64,000 nucleotides of DNA, taken from the NCBI GenBank assembly GCA_963765145.1, contig CAVXVG010000005.1:1-64000 (forward strand). The letters run 5' to 3'. The notes under the pieces were generated by a model. The model worked only from the letters and a program-made list of their open reading frames with translations. It was not told the DNA's origin and did not search any database. This stretch comes from Parachlamydiales bacterium. GTDB lineage: Bacteria; Chlamydiota; Chlamydiia; Chlamydiales; JAJFMK01. Each line of letters begins with the position of its first letter. The first letter of the stretch is position 1. Shown one piece after another: positions 38,601 through 46,269 of this stretch. A program made the position numbers and the translations under genes.

Positions 38601-39381
38601 GCAGCGTCCTCTTGCAGATCAGGCTGACAATATCAAGGAAAGATACAATAAATTGTTCCCATCAGTGTTCGCGGAACAAATCCCAGCTCAACAGGTTCAA
38701 CCAGAAGTTCCATCATCGGAAACGGAAGCTGAAACGATTAGCCAAGGATCGATCGACGATAGTCTTTTGGATTCAGATTTAAACGATTTTGGACCTCCTC
38801 AAGCACCTATGGAGCCTTTTTCGTTGCAACAGACTCTGATTGCAGCAATTGAACGTGTAAATGAAAAAGTAGAGATAGAGGTAGAGAGCGAGTATGAGGT
38901 TGCCCCAGCTGCAGCTACCGCGTCCCCAGCCGCAACTGTTACTGAAGTTCCTCCCCTGTCAGACACTGAATTTTTGTTTAAAAAAATGAACGAGGGGGGG
39001 CAAGTGGAAAGCGAAGCATTTTTCACTGAGATGGGGCGTCGTTTTGAAAGAGGAGTCGTTTCTTGGGTGGATTTAAAATTCCTAACGAACTCTCTTCTAA
39101 GCAGTGAGAATAAAGTTAAGGCAGATAACCTTTTAAGAATAATTGCAAATGCAAAAACAGAAGGAACCGACGACTACGCAGCCATTGCGAATTTAAACAT
39201 GGGTGAAAAATGGGCTGCCGATGTGTTGTTAAATGAAATCAATACATCGCTTAAGCCTCCCTCAGATCCCTTGGGGGAAAACTCATTGTTATCAGGTCAG
39301 CCTAAGGCTATCTCTACCTTCAAGATAAATTGGCAGTTTTGGAAAAAGAGTTCGAAAGGCACACAGGGAGAATCTCTATGA
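35692..39381 (+). CDS. Large hypothetical protein (1229 aa), Ser/Asp-rich N-terminus, Sel1-like motifs; candidate effector
   Basis: Long ORF with GGGAG RBS; repeated AA.G...A...L motifs. Confidence 0.85.
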   Translation: MSTVGGGNASYGDIENFYGQWKANLSTDMKEQAAFAALSDDDKTIVLLAFKSLSKRNIEGNLGTIRSDTSEPETDAPDNISLHSIESIGTDGSSMYSYASGDSNDSDYSDDDGPFYRLLSFVADDGDDSSLTSNDSSVDFGHTGNIVTKEDLDGVLSKLKSNKRLNFENRKEVSRDITKAVDQSYRNIMRVAGHLPTDSERKYAAGYTEAKFKSIYKQRAALQEAFEGDFVGQMMEGIDVPTEGLLSSKPLYDNLKAWAEKNIKSGDFQKAALKIIKDLKEHETEFTKGKVQDSNLRNQVEVFKDRLTLAFIELNPQLTPEDIKKLNRFGLKGTSQQQVIRDCFIDLGKVFIWPLQKAFEVLKPGEVRDEAVSAIRSGFMKLIIDPDKGNRLIATFKEIFTQITKAPLESMGAVGRMKGPFAAIANRPENVVFQEINKLEAQVVEERAEIDKVINDGLTLEGGIPEAQRETLLEKIAVYHENCQLLLAMMELKESLFVKGYVLLPHLAAGHGKEIHAQANVLMNHVAFAVDMRGVLEHADQVAVRMEEKGISAQNAYLSLVKGTPPKEGETIELSQERVEVEAEAAEKLERAGNWLQYARSRGDLSAPIYLADLICTSDRKAWSPENADRTFATAQMLLNESFKGGDYERRADAETAMRSLLRLRFEASVRNDRPMAEQTYNAHELIKGMKYVNSVTRFPTTAARETALRNQLLGLVLLGSQEAGQVILDQIDQHAKKGRVTAGDVLVLSELAAEGFPGAKERLQNVTQMKSFLDKVEKDAKKEILTSEAFRALASLAAHGNVKARSVLGDLNKGDSGFLGVFGRSYPPTEDEDFLDMAISNWAMSIAAGSSLTQIPSMQYDHVKGFKEFYDRYALSPIQIDFNIPPFKGVEVDLEAISDRAAKGKLTEKDVNNLVLAIGSGNREAILTLDDAIVKMAARHSEIQKSKNPNEVLKFAKWALGQAKSPDGLQRPLADQADNIKERYNKLFPSVFAEQIPAQQVQPEVPSSETEAETISQGSIDDSLLDSDLNDFGPPQAPMEPFSLQQTLIAAIERVNEKVEIEVESEYEVAPAAATASPAATVTEVPPLSDTEFLFKKMNEGGQVESEAFFTEMGRRFERGVVSWVDLKFLTNSLLSSENKVKADNLLRIIANAKTEGTDDYAAIANLNMGEKWAADVLLNEINTSLKPPSDPLGENSLLSGQPKAISTFKINWQFWKKSSKGTQGESL

Positions 39382-41915
39382 CAACACGTTCAGGTGATTT
39401 AAGTTTTGGGCAAGCTCGCGATGTCTATTCTGCATTTTATACTGCAGGCCATGCAGATGGAAAATCGGAAGCGAAAGTGTTTGGAGAGCTGTCGCTAGAT
39501 GAGCGTAAGGTGATTGTCCGTGCCATCGAAGTGTTAGGAGGAAGAAAAGGTACCGCCGGAAGTTCTCTTGTGTCAGACGATCGATTAACACCTCTAATTA
39601 AAAAATTAGGAGGCGATAACGTGACGACCATTGATGATAAAGACTTACCAAATGCTCTAAAAGGTAGTAAACCCATCCTTGTCCAAGGGCGGGCTGAAAT
39701 AGGGATGGCCAACCGCTTCTTAGTACACGATAAATTTTTAAAAGCTCTTGAGCCAGACGGAGAACTTTATCAAAAGCTTGAAGGGTTTTTTAATAATCCT
39801 CACGCATCGCAAAAAACATTGGTGAACAGGGCCGTAAAAGAATGGGTGGAGAATTTACCTCCCGGAGAAGGGAAAGCGGCGGCTAAAGAAGCTTTGCAAT
39901 ACCTAGAAGCAAGTATCAACAATTTTTCTTCTGCGCATGGCTTTACCCCAGAGAATTTAAAGAAGGTCATTGGCGATTTTAGAGAAAATATTCACAAAGA
40001 ACTTGTGCTTGCATGGGGTGCAACACCTTTAACAAAAGCAGACCATCAAGCGATGGGGATTGGCGCTTTGGATCTGCTGCCATTTTCTATCAACAAAACC
40101 ACCATCAAACAAAAACGGGCAGAGTTTGAGAGCATTGTTGACGATCTTAGGGATCCTAAGAAAAGCAAGGAAGGGCTTGAGGAAAGGCTGTCGCAACTTG
40201 AGGGCGAGCTGTTGCCAATGGTCCGCTATCCGGAATGTGCCGGTCTTTATTCACGTGTTGTAGGTGAGCATGTAAATCTCTTAAGAGAAAGCAGGGATCC
40301 AGAGGTTGAAGATCGGGCGATTGAGCTTACGAAAATTCAGTATATTTATGCCATGTACGCCGCTGCAAAGGGAAATGGAGAGGGGGCGTATAGCTTTGCT
40401 AGAGGGTTTGTCGAGTTTGGGTTGTGGACTAAAGATGAGAGGGAAAATACCCTAAAAGAGGGTTTGCGTTTAGTTGACTTAGCCATTAATGCGGCCAAGA
40501 AAAGCGGAGATAAAGGGTTGCTCGCGAAAGCCAATGTTCTAAGAGCTGTTCTTTTAGAAAAAAATTACCTGACTTTACTTGAGCTAAGAAATGAGTTTGA
40601 GGAACCGAGAAGTGTAAAAAAAGCGGAAAAATATGTCATAGACAACTTTGTTAAATTGGGTTTTGATGGCATTGAGGGGCTTTATATTTTGTTTGTCAGG
40701 GGTGGATCTTCTGCCGACCCGATGATCGACCTGCTGAAGAGGTTCCTGGTAGGCCCATTCAAGGTAAAGCCAACAGCAGAACATGTTAAGTGGATCACCA
40801 CCGCAGCCTTAGCCGGCAATGAGAAGGCTATAAAGCTTTTAACCAAGCTTGTTGAACTTTATCCTGCAGAAACCAAAAAAGTTCCTGCCCTTATCCCGGC
40901 CGCGCTGTTAGTAAAGGATGGGGTCCATACCAATGCAAACGTTAGTGAATTTACACGAATAGACGCTTTGAAATGTTACCAAGAGGCCTTTGACCATTTG
41001 GCAAACGAACTTAGGGAATTAAAGAATTCCGGACAGTTAAATCGAGCTACACTTGATGCGATTTTGCCAAGATTAGAGGTATTACGTGGCAAGTATGAGG
41101 CGCTTCTTAGGCAATTCCCGGATAAGACTCTTACACAGTCAGCAATGCAGTTAAGAAAGGACATAAACACTGCAATCGAAGAAATCAAAGAGGCTGAAGT
41201 TGGAGTTTTGGAGGAAGCGCCAGTCCCGGGCATAGCTAAGCACATGGACTTAGGCTCGCCAAAAGTTGCTCCATCTCGTAATAGGTTTTTCAGTGCCGTC
41301 AGCAAGTTTTTTAATGAATGGGTCATGCCCAAGTCTGAAATTCTGAAGTTCAGGGAACCTGCAGGAAGCCCTGAGCCGATAGATCCCCAGTTGACAGCTG
41401 CCGATTTTCATAAGTCGAAAGATGAAGATTTAACGAAAACCGAACCCTCTTTGTTAACTACCACCATCTACGACATCGATGCCCTAGAAATAAGTGATTC
41501 ATTCATCGACCGCATAGGTGGTTCTTTAACTCCAATTCCTGCGCCAGCTAAAAAAGCAGCTCCTGTGATTTCAGCGGTTGAAGTCGGTGACGAAGCTACT
41601 CAAGGTGTCGTCAATGTGTTTGGGGAATTTTGGGATGCAGCAGATGGAAAAGTTCACTTGAAAGGATTTCTTTCCATGGCAGGGCAAGACGAATTTGATA
41701 AGGGGAATTTTAATCAAAAGCAAATAGAAGCTGCAAAGAAGACCGAGTTCATGGCTCAAATAGCCAAATTAAAAGAGCTGGGTGAAAAAGAACAACCTAT
41801 CGCTATTCGGTTGATGGCCGATAAAATGGGCAATGCCAAATATGTTAATTCCCTAACCAAGCTTATTGAAGATGATAGATTTGAAGCAGTCCAAAAACTC
41901 CTTTCCGCTCAGTAA
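39378..41915 (+). CDS. Large hypothetical protein, paralogue of the upstream gene (probable start MTTRSG)
   Basis: ATGA overlap at 39378-39381 with GGGAG RBS; colinear similarity to 35692..39381. Confidence 0.85.
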   Translation: MTTRSGDLSFGQARDVYSAFYTAGHADGKSEAKVFGELSLDERKVIVRAIEVLGGRKGTAGSSLVSDDRLTPLIKKLGGDNVTTIDDKDLPNALKGSKPILVQGRAEIGMANRFLVHDKFLKALEPDGELYQKLEGFFNNPHASQKTLVNRAVKEWVENLPPGEGKAAAKEALQYLEASINNFSSAHGFTPENLKKVIGDFRENIHKELVLAWGATPLTKADHQAMGIGALDLLPFSINKTTIKQKRAEFESIVDDLRDPKKSKEGLEERLSQLEGELLPMVRYPECAGLYSRVVGEHVNLLRESRDPEVEDRAIELTKIQYIYAMYAAAKGNGEGAYSFARGFVEFGLWTKDERENTLKEGLRLVDLAINAAKKSGDKGLLAKANVLRAVLLEKNYLTLLELRNEFEEPRSVKKAEKYVIDNFVKLGFDGIEGLYILFVRGGSSADPMIDLLKRFLVGPFKVKPTAEHVKWITTAALAGNEKAIKLLTKLVELYPAETKKVPALIPAALLVKDGVHTNANVSEFTRIDALKCYQEAFDHLANELRELKNSGQLNRATLDAILPRLEVLRGKYEALLRQFPDKTLTQSAMQLRKDINTAIEEIKEAEVGVLEEAPVPGIAKHMDLGSPKVAPSRNRFFSAVSKFFNEWVMPKSEILKFREPAGSPEPIDPQLTAADFHKSKDEDLTKTEPSLLTTTIYDIDALEISDSFIDRIGGSLTPIPAPAKKAAPVISAVEVGDEATQGVVNVFGEFWDAADGKVHLKGFLSMAGQDEFDKGNFNQKQIEAAKKTEFMAQIAKLKELGEKEQPIAIRLMADKMGNAKYVNSLTKLIEDDRFEAVQKLLSAQ

Positions 41916-41938
41916 GCCACACCTTGTTGCATACTAAA

Positions 41939-42255
41939 TGTAGCTTAGACTAAAGAGCCACTTGCAAAAATCAGATTAAGCTCAGAAACAGGCCCGAAGG
42001 GCCGAAATATGAAAGCCCTGGTCGAAGGCCAGGGTAAGTATGCCAATAGAAATTGGAGTCCTGAAGGGACGACATATCCTGTTCCACAAACACTACAGGA
42101 GATATTTTATGCCGTCCTTTCAGGACTCCAATTTTATTTCACATTTGTAACCCAGGCCTTCGGCGCTGGGCTTTCATATTTCGGTCCTTCGGACCTGTTT
42201 CTAAAAAAAAGCCAACAATCCGATTTTTGCAAGTACTTCTAAAGTCTAAGCTACA
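41939..42255. mobile_element. MITE-like unit, near-identical inverted copy of 33114..33430
   Basis: TGTAGCTTAGAC / GTCTAAGCTACA ends; interior is the reverse complement of the 33.1-kb copy; CCTTGTTGCATA relic at 41922. Confidence 0.92.
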
Positions 42256-42292
42256 TTTTTTGTTCTCTGTGCTATCTGTGGTCGCGGAATCA

Positions 42293-42721
42293 TTAGGATT
42301 TATTCTTAGTTTTGTTTTTGAAAACAATCGGTTCGGCATAGAGGGGATGCTTTGCGATGGCGACAGGGAGACCTTCGTAAAAGAGAATCGCTTGGTAGGA
42401 GAGGTAGCCGCCGGTATCGAGATAGGTTTGCCCTCTCAACGGGATTTCGAAGCGACCGGCGCAGTTGGGGAGGAAGAAGGCCTCTGTTTCTCGCTCACCA
42501 CAATGGAAAACACGGGTGAGTTCGAGCCAGTAACCCGGTTTTTTAGGAATGGTCCAGTGGATGATGAGAGTTTCGCCTTGGCTATTTGGGTCGCACCGAC
42601 GGGGGTCTGGAGTTTGAACGTAAGTACTGGCAAGACGTTCGAGGGTGTCATAGCGGGTGTAAACGGTTAGATTGGGGCCGCAGCAGGCCGAAAGTAAGAA
42701 AAGGAAAAGAAGGGCTCTCAT
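42293..42721 (-). CDS. Putative lipoprotein (probable start MRALLF)
   Basis: Lipobox LSAC; ATGA coupling to the DAHP synthase stop; LASTYV.TPDPR motif. Confidence 0.75.
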   Translation of the reverse strand: MRALLFLFLLSACCGPNLTVYTRYDTLERLASTYVQTPDPRRCDPNSQGETLIIHWTIPKKPGYWLELTRVFHCGERETEAFFLPNCAGRFEIPLRGQTYLDTGGYLSYQAILFYEGLPVAIAKHPLYAEPIVFKNKTKNKS

Positions 42722-43704
42722 CTGCAACTTAAAATGAGTTCTTCGGTCTCTTCCCAGCCGAGGCATGGGTCAGTGGCTGAAAGGTAAGGAGAGTTGCCTT
42801 TGCCACGCTCGATGAAACTTTCTACCATGGCGCCGATGATCCTTTTTTCCCCTTTTTCGTAGCGTTCGAACACCTCTAAAAAATTTTTCTTTTGCTTTTC
42901 TAAATCTTTTTGAGAGTTGTCGTGGGCGCAGTCGATGACCATCTTGGGCTCCAGATCAAATTCGAGTAGCCGGTGTTCAATTTGGTCAAGAACATGGGTT
43001 TGAAAATTAGGGCCATTTGGACCACCACGGAGAACTAAGTGGGTGTAGGGGTTCCCGGGTGTTTCAATGAACTCGAGTTGTCCTTGCAAGTTGGGAAGAA
43101 TGGTCGATTGAGGCTGGCGTGCCGCGACCACCCCTTGGATGGCCATTTCAAAAGAACCATCGATCCCGTTTTTAAAAGCGATGGGAAGTGTCAGAGAGGA
43201 AGCTAATTCACGATGAACGGCTGAGGCCGAGGTTCTGGCTCCAATCCACCCCCACGTCACCAAATCGGAGGTGTAAGGGGCAAGTAAGGGGTTTAAAAAC
43301 TCTGTTGCAAGTGGAACTCCCATTTTGGTGAGCTCTAAAAACAGCTTGCGAGATTCATAGATCCCTTTCACAACTTCAGGAGGCTTTGAGCTAGTTGGGT
43401 CGGTGATAAAGCCTTTCCACCCTCCCCAGCTGCGGGGCTTTTCTAAAGAGGCCCGCATGACAATGAAGAAAGTATTTCCTAAAGATTTTTGAAGCTCAAC
43501 CACTCTTTGGCCATATTCTAAAGCACTTTCAGTGTGGTGGATAGAGCATGGGCCTAATACAAGCAGAAATCCGGGCGATCCCTGTAGTTTTTTTTCAATC
43601 TTCTGCCTAAAAGCTGCAATTTTTAACGCCTCGGCAGGTTGCAAGGATAAATCCTTATGCAATTGATCAAGGGTTGGAAGAGGGGTCGAGTGGCAAAAGA
43701 ACAT
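42718..43704 (-). CDS. 3-deoxy-7-phosphoheptulonate (DAHP) synthase, class I
   Basis: GPCSIH, EKPRS..GWKG, IGART, FKNG.DG, GNP..H.VLRGG, DCAHDNS.K, TDPCLGW. Confidence 0.93.
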   Translation of the reverse strand: MFFCHSTPLPTLDQLHKDLSLQPAEALKIAAFRQKIEKKLQGSPGFLLVLGPCSIHHTESALEYGQRVVELQKSLGNTFFIVMRASLEKPRSWGGWKGFITDPTSSKPPEVVKGIYESRKLFLELTKMGVPLATEFLNPLLAPYTSDLVTWGWIGARTSASAVHRELASSLTLPIAFKNGIDGSFEMAIQGVVAARQPQSTILPNLQGQLEFIETPGNPYTHLVLRGGPNGPNFQTHVLDQIEHRLLEFDLEPKMVIDCAHDNSQKDLEKQKKNFLEVFERYEKGEKRIIGAMVESFIERGKGNSPYLSATDPCLGWEETEELILSCR

Positions 43705-43816
43705 ATCGTTAAAGATTCTTCCTCATTCCCACTAAACAGGCAATCCAAAAAATAACCAGATGGCTAAGTATATTTGCATGAATCAAAGACATTCTTGTTG
43801 TGACGCCAGAAAAAAA

Positions 43817-43980
43817 TAACAGGGTGAACAGGATGAACAGGATAAGCTCTGCCCACAAAGGAAATGTTTTTTTAAACAAATGGAAAGAATGGCTTCGCCT
43901 CTGCTTTTACCATTTTGAAATAGAGAGGCAGAGTTTATCCTGTTTACCCTGTTAAATTTTTAGGATGCTTTTTCCTAGGT
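43817..43980. repeat. Family-D palindrome
   Basis: TAACAGGGTGAACAGGATGAACAGGATAAGCTCTGCC / GGCAGAGTTTATCCTGTTTACCCTGTTA. Confidence 0.88.
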
Positions 43981-44031
43981 AATGCCGCTAGCGCGGACTG
44001 CTTATTTTTGTTTGGATGTGGGTATGGTTCT
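43899..44031 (+). repeat. Direct repeat, left copy: right arm of a family-D element plus a diverged relic of the recF 3' end (second copy 46124..46269)
   Basis: Colinear match including TAGGATGCTTTTTCCTAGGTAATGC..CTAGCGCGGACTG.TTATTTT. Confidence 0.9.
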
Positions 44032-45441
44032 TTAATCTGGAAATAAGGCGAGGACTAGATGTCTTTTATCCAAAGTCGTCGGAAGTGGTAGCAGATTAAT
44101 ATCAGTTTTAATGTAGTAGAGTTCTTTTAGTCGTTTATAAAGCATGTTGATGAATTGTCTTAAGAGATAAAATTCCGGCATGAACATCTGATATTGGCGA
44201 ATGGCTAACTGGGCGCTAGTGATCTGATCAATAGACTTAATCTGTTTCAATTTCTCTAATAGCTGAGGAAGCTTTTCTTTTGAAAACCGATAAGGGATGT
44301 CGGCAAAGGATTCATCCATCATTTGGTGAAAGGGAAACTTGAGAAACTTTTCTAGGCGGACTTCCAAATCTTTAGCGAAACTTAAAAACAGTTGATAACA
44401 CTCTTTGTAAACTTTTGCGTGTTGAGTCATTTTATGTTCAACTTGATCTTGAATCGTTTCAATTCCATCAACACAATCATCCACCGGATAGAGATCGCCT
44501 AAAAGGTGGCTTACAGTTTTCTCAAAGTCGTCATTGAGTTCAAAGTCCATAAAAAAGTTTCCTTGTCGAAAAGCATTCAAAATCTCAATCACCCCCTTCC
44601 AGTCTTGCCCAAAGTGAGGTGGGCTGCGCAGAATGGGAGCGATAAAAGCTGGCAATAATGGCTCTATTTGGATTAAGCAATTGCGAAAAAGTACTGTCTT
44701 AGTTATTTCAGAACTATTTTGGAGCCCGGGAATTACTGAACGGATTGCAATAATTGCTTGGAGTATTCTATTCCAGGTAGGGGCTGTTTTTGGCAATTTG
44801 CCGATGATAACTTGCAATTCTTTTTGTTTTTTTAATTCATAGTTTTTTTTGTTTTTTACCTGTGTTGCTATGAGTATCCCTGCTGCGGCAAAATGGTCAA
44901 GCGCAGTCATCAAGCTTCTTTTAGAGTATCCTATTTCAACGAGGTCGGCGGCTGAAAAATACTTCCCTTTTCGTGCGAGAAAGTGTGTCAAGATGTCAGC
45001 TTTTGCCCCAGGGCCAAATAAGCTTCGTGTTCGAAGCGCTAGAAGGGAGGGAGATTCAAGCGGCGGAAGCAAAGATTTTCCGCTCAAGTGAACTTTAAAT
45101 TGAACTGTCTCTTCTGCGCTCGGCCACTTTGCTGATGATATCGAATTTAAAGCTGCAGCAAATTGTGAGAAAGAGCGCATTGCATCATTATTCAATCCTT
45201 TTAGAAGCGCGCGTAGCCGACTGACCGAAACATACTCATGGTAGCGAGAGAGCCAATCTAAGGCTTCATCGCGTAGGCGAGGGTCATATTCTGAGACAAC
45301 TGTAGTCAAAATAATCAACTCTTCTGGTGGGATTAGGCAGTTCTCGTGAAAGCGGTCGATTCCGGCTACCCCCAATTCTTTCCACAAGCTCCATGCAAGT
45401 CCAGCAAGCAGGTGATCAAACTCTTCCTTCATTTCCACCAT
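44032..45441 (-). CDS. Winged-HTH-containing partner of the DUF6036-like protein, with a C-terminal helical extension
   Basis: AWSLW.ELGV, DPRL.DEALDW; wHTH-like FSAADLVEIGYSKRSLMTALDHFAAAGIL; starts 1 bp after the upstream stop. Confidence 0.75.
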   Translation of the reverse strand: MVEMKEEFDHLLAGLAWSLWKELGVAGIDRFHENCLIPPEELIILTTVVSEYDPRLRDEALDWLSRYHEYVSVSRLRALLKGLNNDAMRSFSQFAAALNSISSAKWPSAEETVQFKVHLSGKSLLPPLESPSLLALRTRSLFGPGAKADILTHFLARKGKYFSAADLVEIGYSKRSLMTALDHFAAAGILIATQVKNKKNYELKKQKELQVIIGKLPKTAPTWNRILQAIIAIRSVIPGLQNSSEITKTVLFRNCLIQIEPLLPAFIAPILRSPPHFGQDWKGVIEILNAFRQGNFFMDFELNDDFEKTVSHLLGDLYPVDDCVDGIETIQDQVEHKMTQHAKVYKECYQLFLSFAKDLEVRLEKFLKFPFHQMMDESFADIPYRFSKEKLPQLLEKLKQIKSIDQITSAQLAIRQYQMFMPEFYLLRQFINMLYKRLKELYYIKTDINLLPLPTTLDKRHLVLALFPD

Positions 45442-45442
45442 T

Positions 45443-45997
45443 TTATTCTCCGAGTTGTAGTAATGCTTCAGCTAAAGTTCTCGCAAATTCTTCTGATACG
45501 TCATGCGTTTTACACCAAAAGCCCGCTTTTAAAAGCTCTTCGCTTGTGGGGTGTAATCGCTTTAAATCTTCGAAATGCTTGGAGCCGGGGCCTTGATCGA
45601 CTGAGGCATAGAGTTTAAAACAAATCTGATCAAACCGGCTTGCGCAGAAGAGGGTTAGTCCACCGAAGTGGATGGGTTCTAAGCGCTTTTGAAATCCTTC
45701 TGGTAGTCCCATTTCCCATAAATCGGCTGCTGTGGAATTGATCCAGTCTTCAGGCAGCTTAAGTGCCGTTCCAACTTCTCTAATTGCTGCAAGAAGTGGA
45801 GCTGGTAAGGGTCTGGCTGAAATGAGCTCGTTTCCATCGATCATGGCAACAACATCTACATCTTTTGTAGGTCGAATGACGCATCCCAATAATAATAAGG
45901 CGCCTCCACCAATGGCGACTATTTCATATTTCAATCCTTTATCTGACAAATAGGAGCCTAATACCTCTAAGGCATCATTTAATGTATTTGAATCCAT
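45443..45997 (-). CDS. DUF6036-like nucleotidyltransferase (probable start MDSNTL)
   Basis: IGGGALLL...RPTKDVD, LPEDWIN, LPEGF..RL, KLYA. Confidence 0.8.
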   Translation of the reverse strand: MDSNTLNDALEVLGSYLSDKGLKYEIVAIGGGALLLLGCVIRPTKDVDVVAMIDGNELISARPLPAPLLAAIREVGTALKLPEDWINSTAADLWEMGLPEGFQKRLEPIHFGGLTLFCASRFDQICFKLYASVDQGPGSKHFEDLKRLHPTSEELLKAGFWCKTHDVSEEFARTLAEALLQLGE

Positions 45998-46123
45998 AAT
46001 GCTCCAGATCGAGAAGTTTAACATCTCAATTCGACATCTTAATCTTACCAAAAAGTGAATTAAAATGGTAATGCGGCTTGCTTTAGCCAATACCAACTAT
46101 GGTTTGGGGGAAGCCTTTTTTGT

Positions 46124-46269
46124 CTCTGTTTCTACCGTTTTGAAACAGAGATAGGCGGAGCTTATCCTATTGATCCTGTTCACCCTGTTAAATTTCTAGG
46201 ATGCTTTTTTCCTAGGTAATGCATGCTAGCGCGGACTGTTTATTTTCTTTCTAATTTCGGTGTGGTGGG
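46124..46269 (+). repeat. Direct repeat, right copy: half family-D element plus the functional recF 3' end
   Basis: Matches 43899..44031. Confidence 0.9.

Noticed and set aside
4489..46269. Integron interpretation of the direct-repeat cassettes
   Set aside because: No shared attC structure or GTTRRRY core at the junctions, no integrase, and the cassettes are dispersed with unrelated repeats
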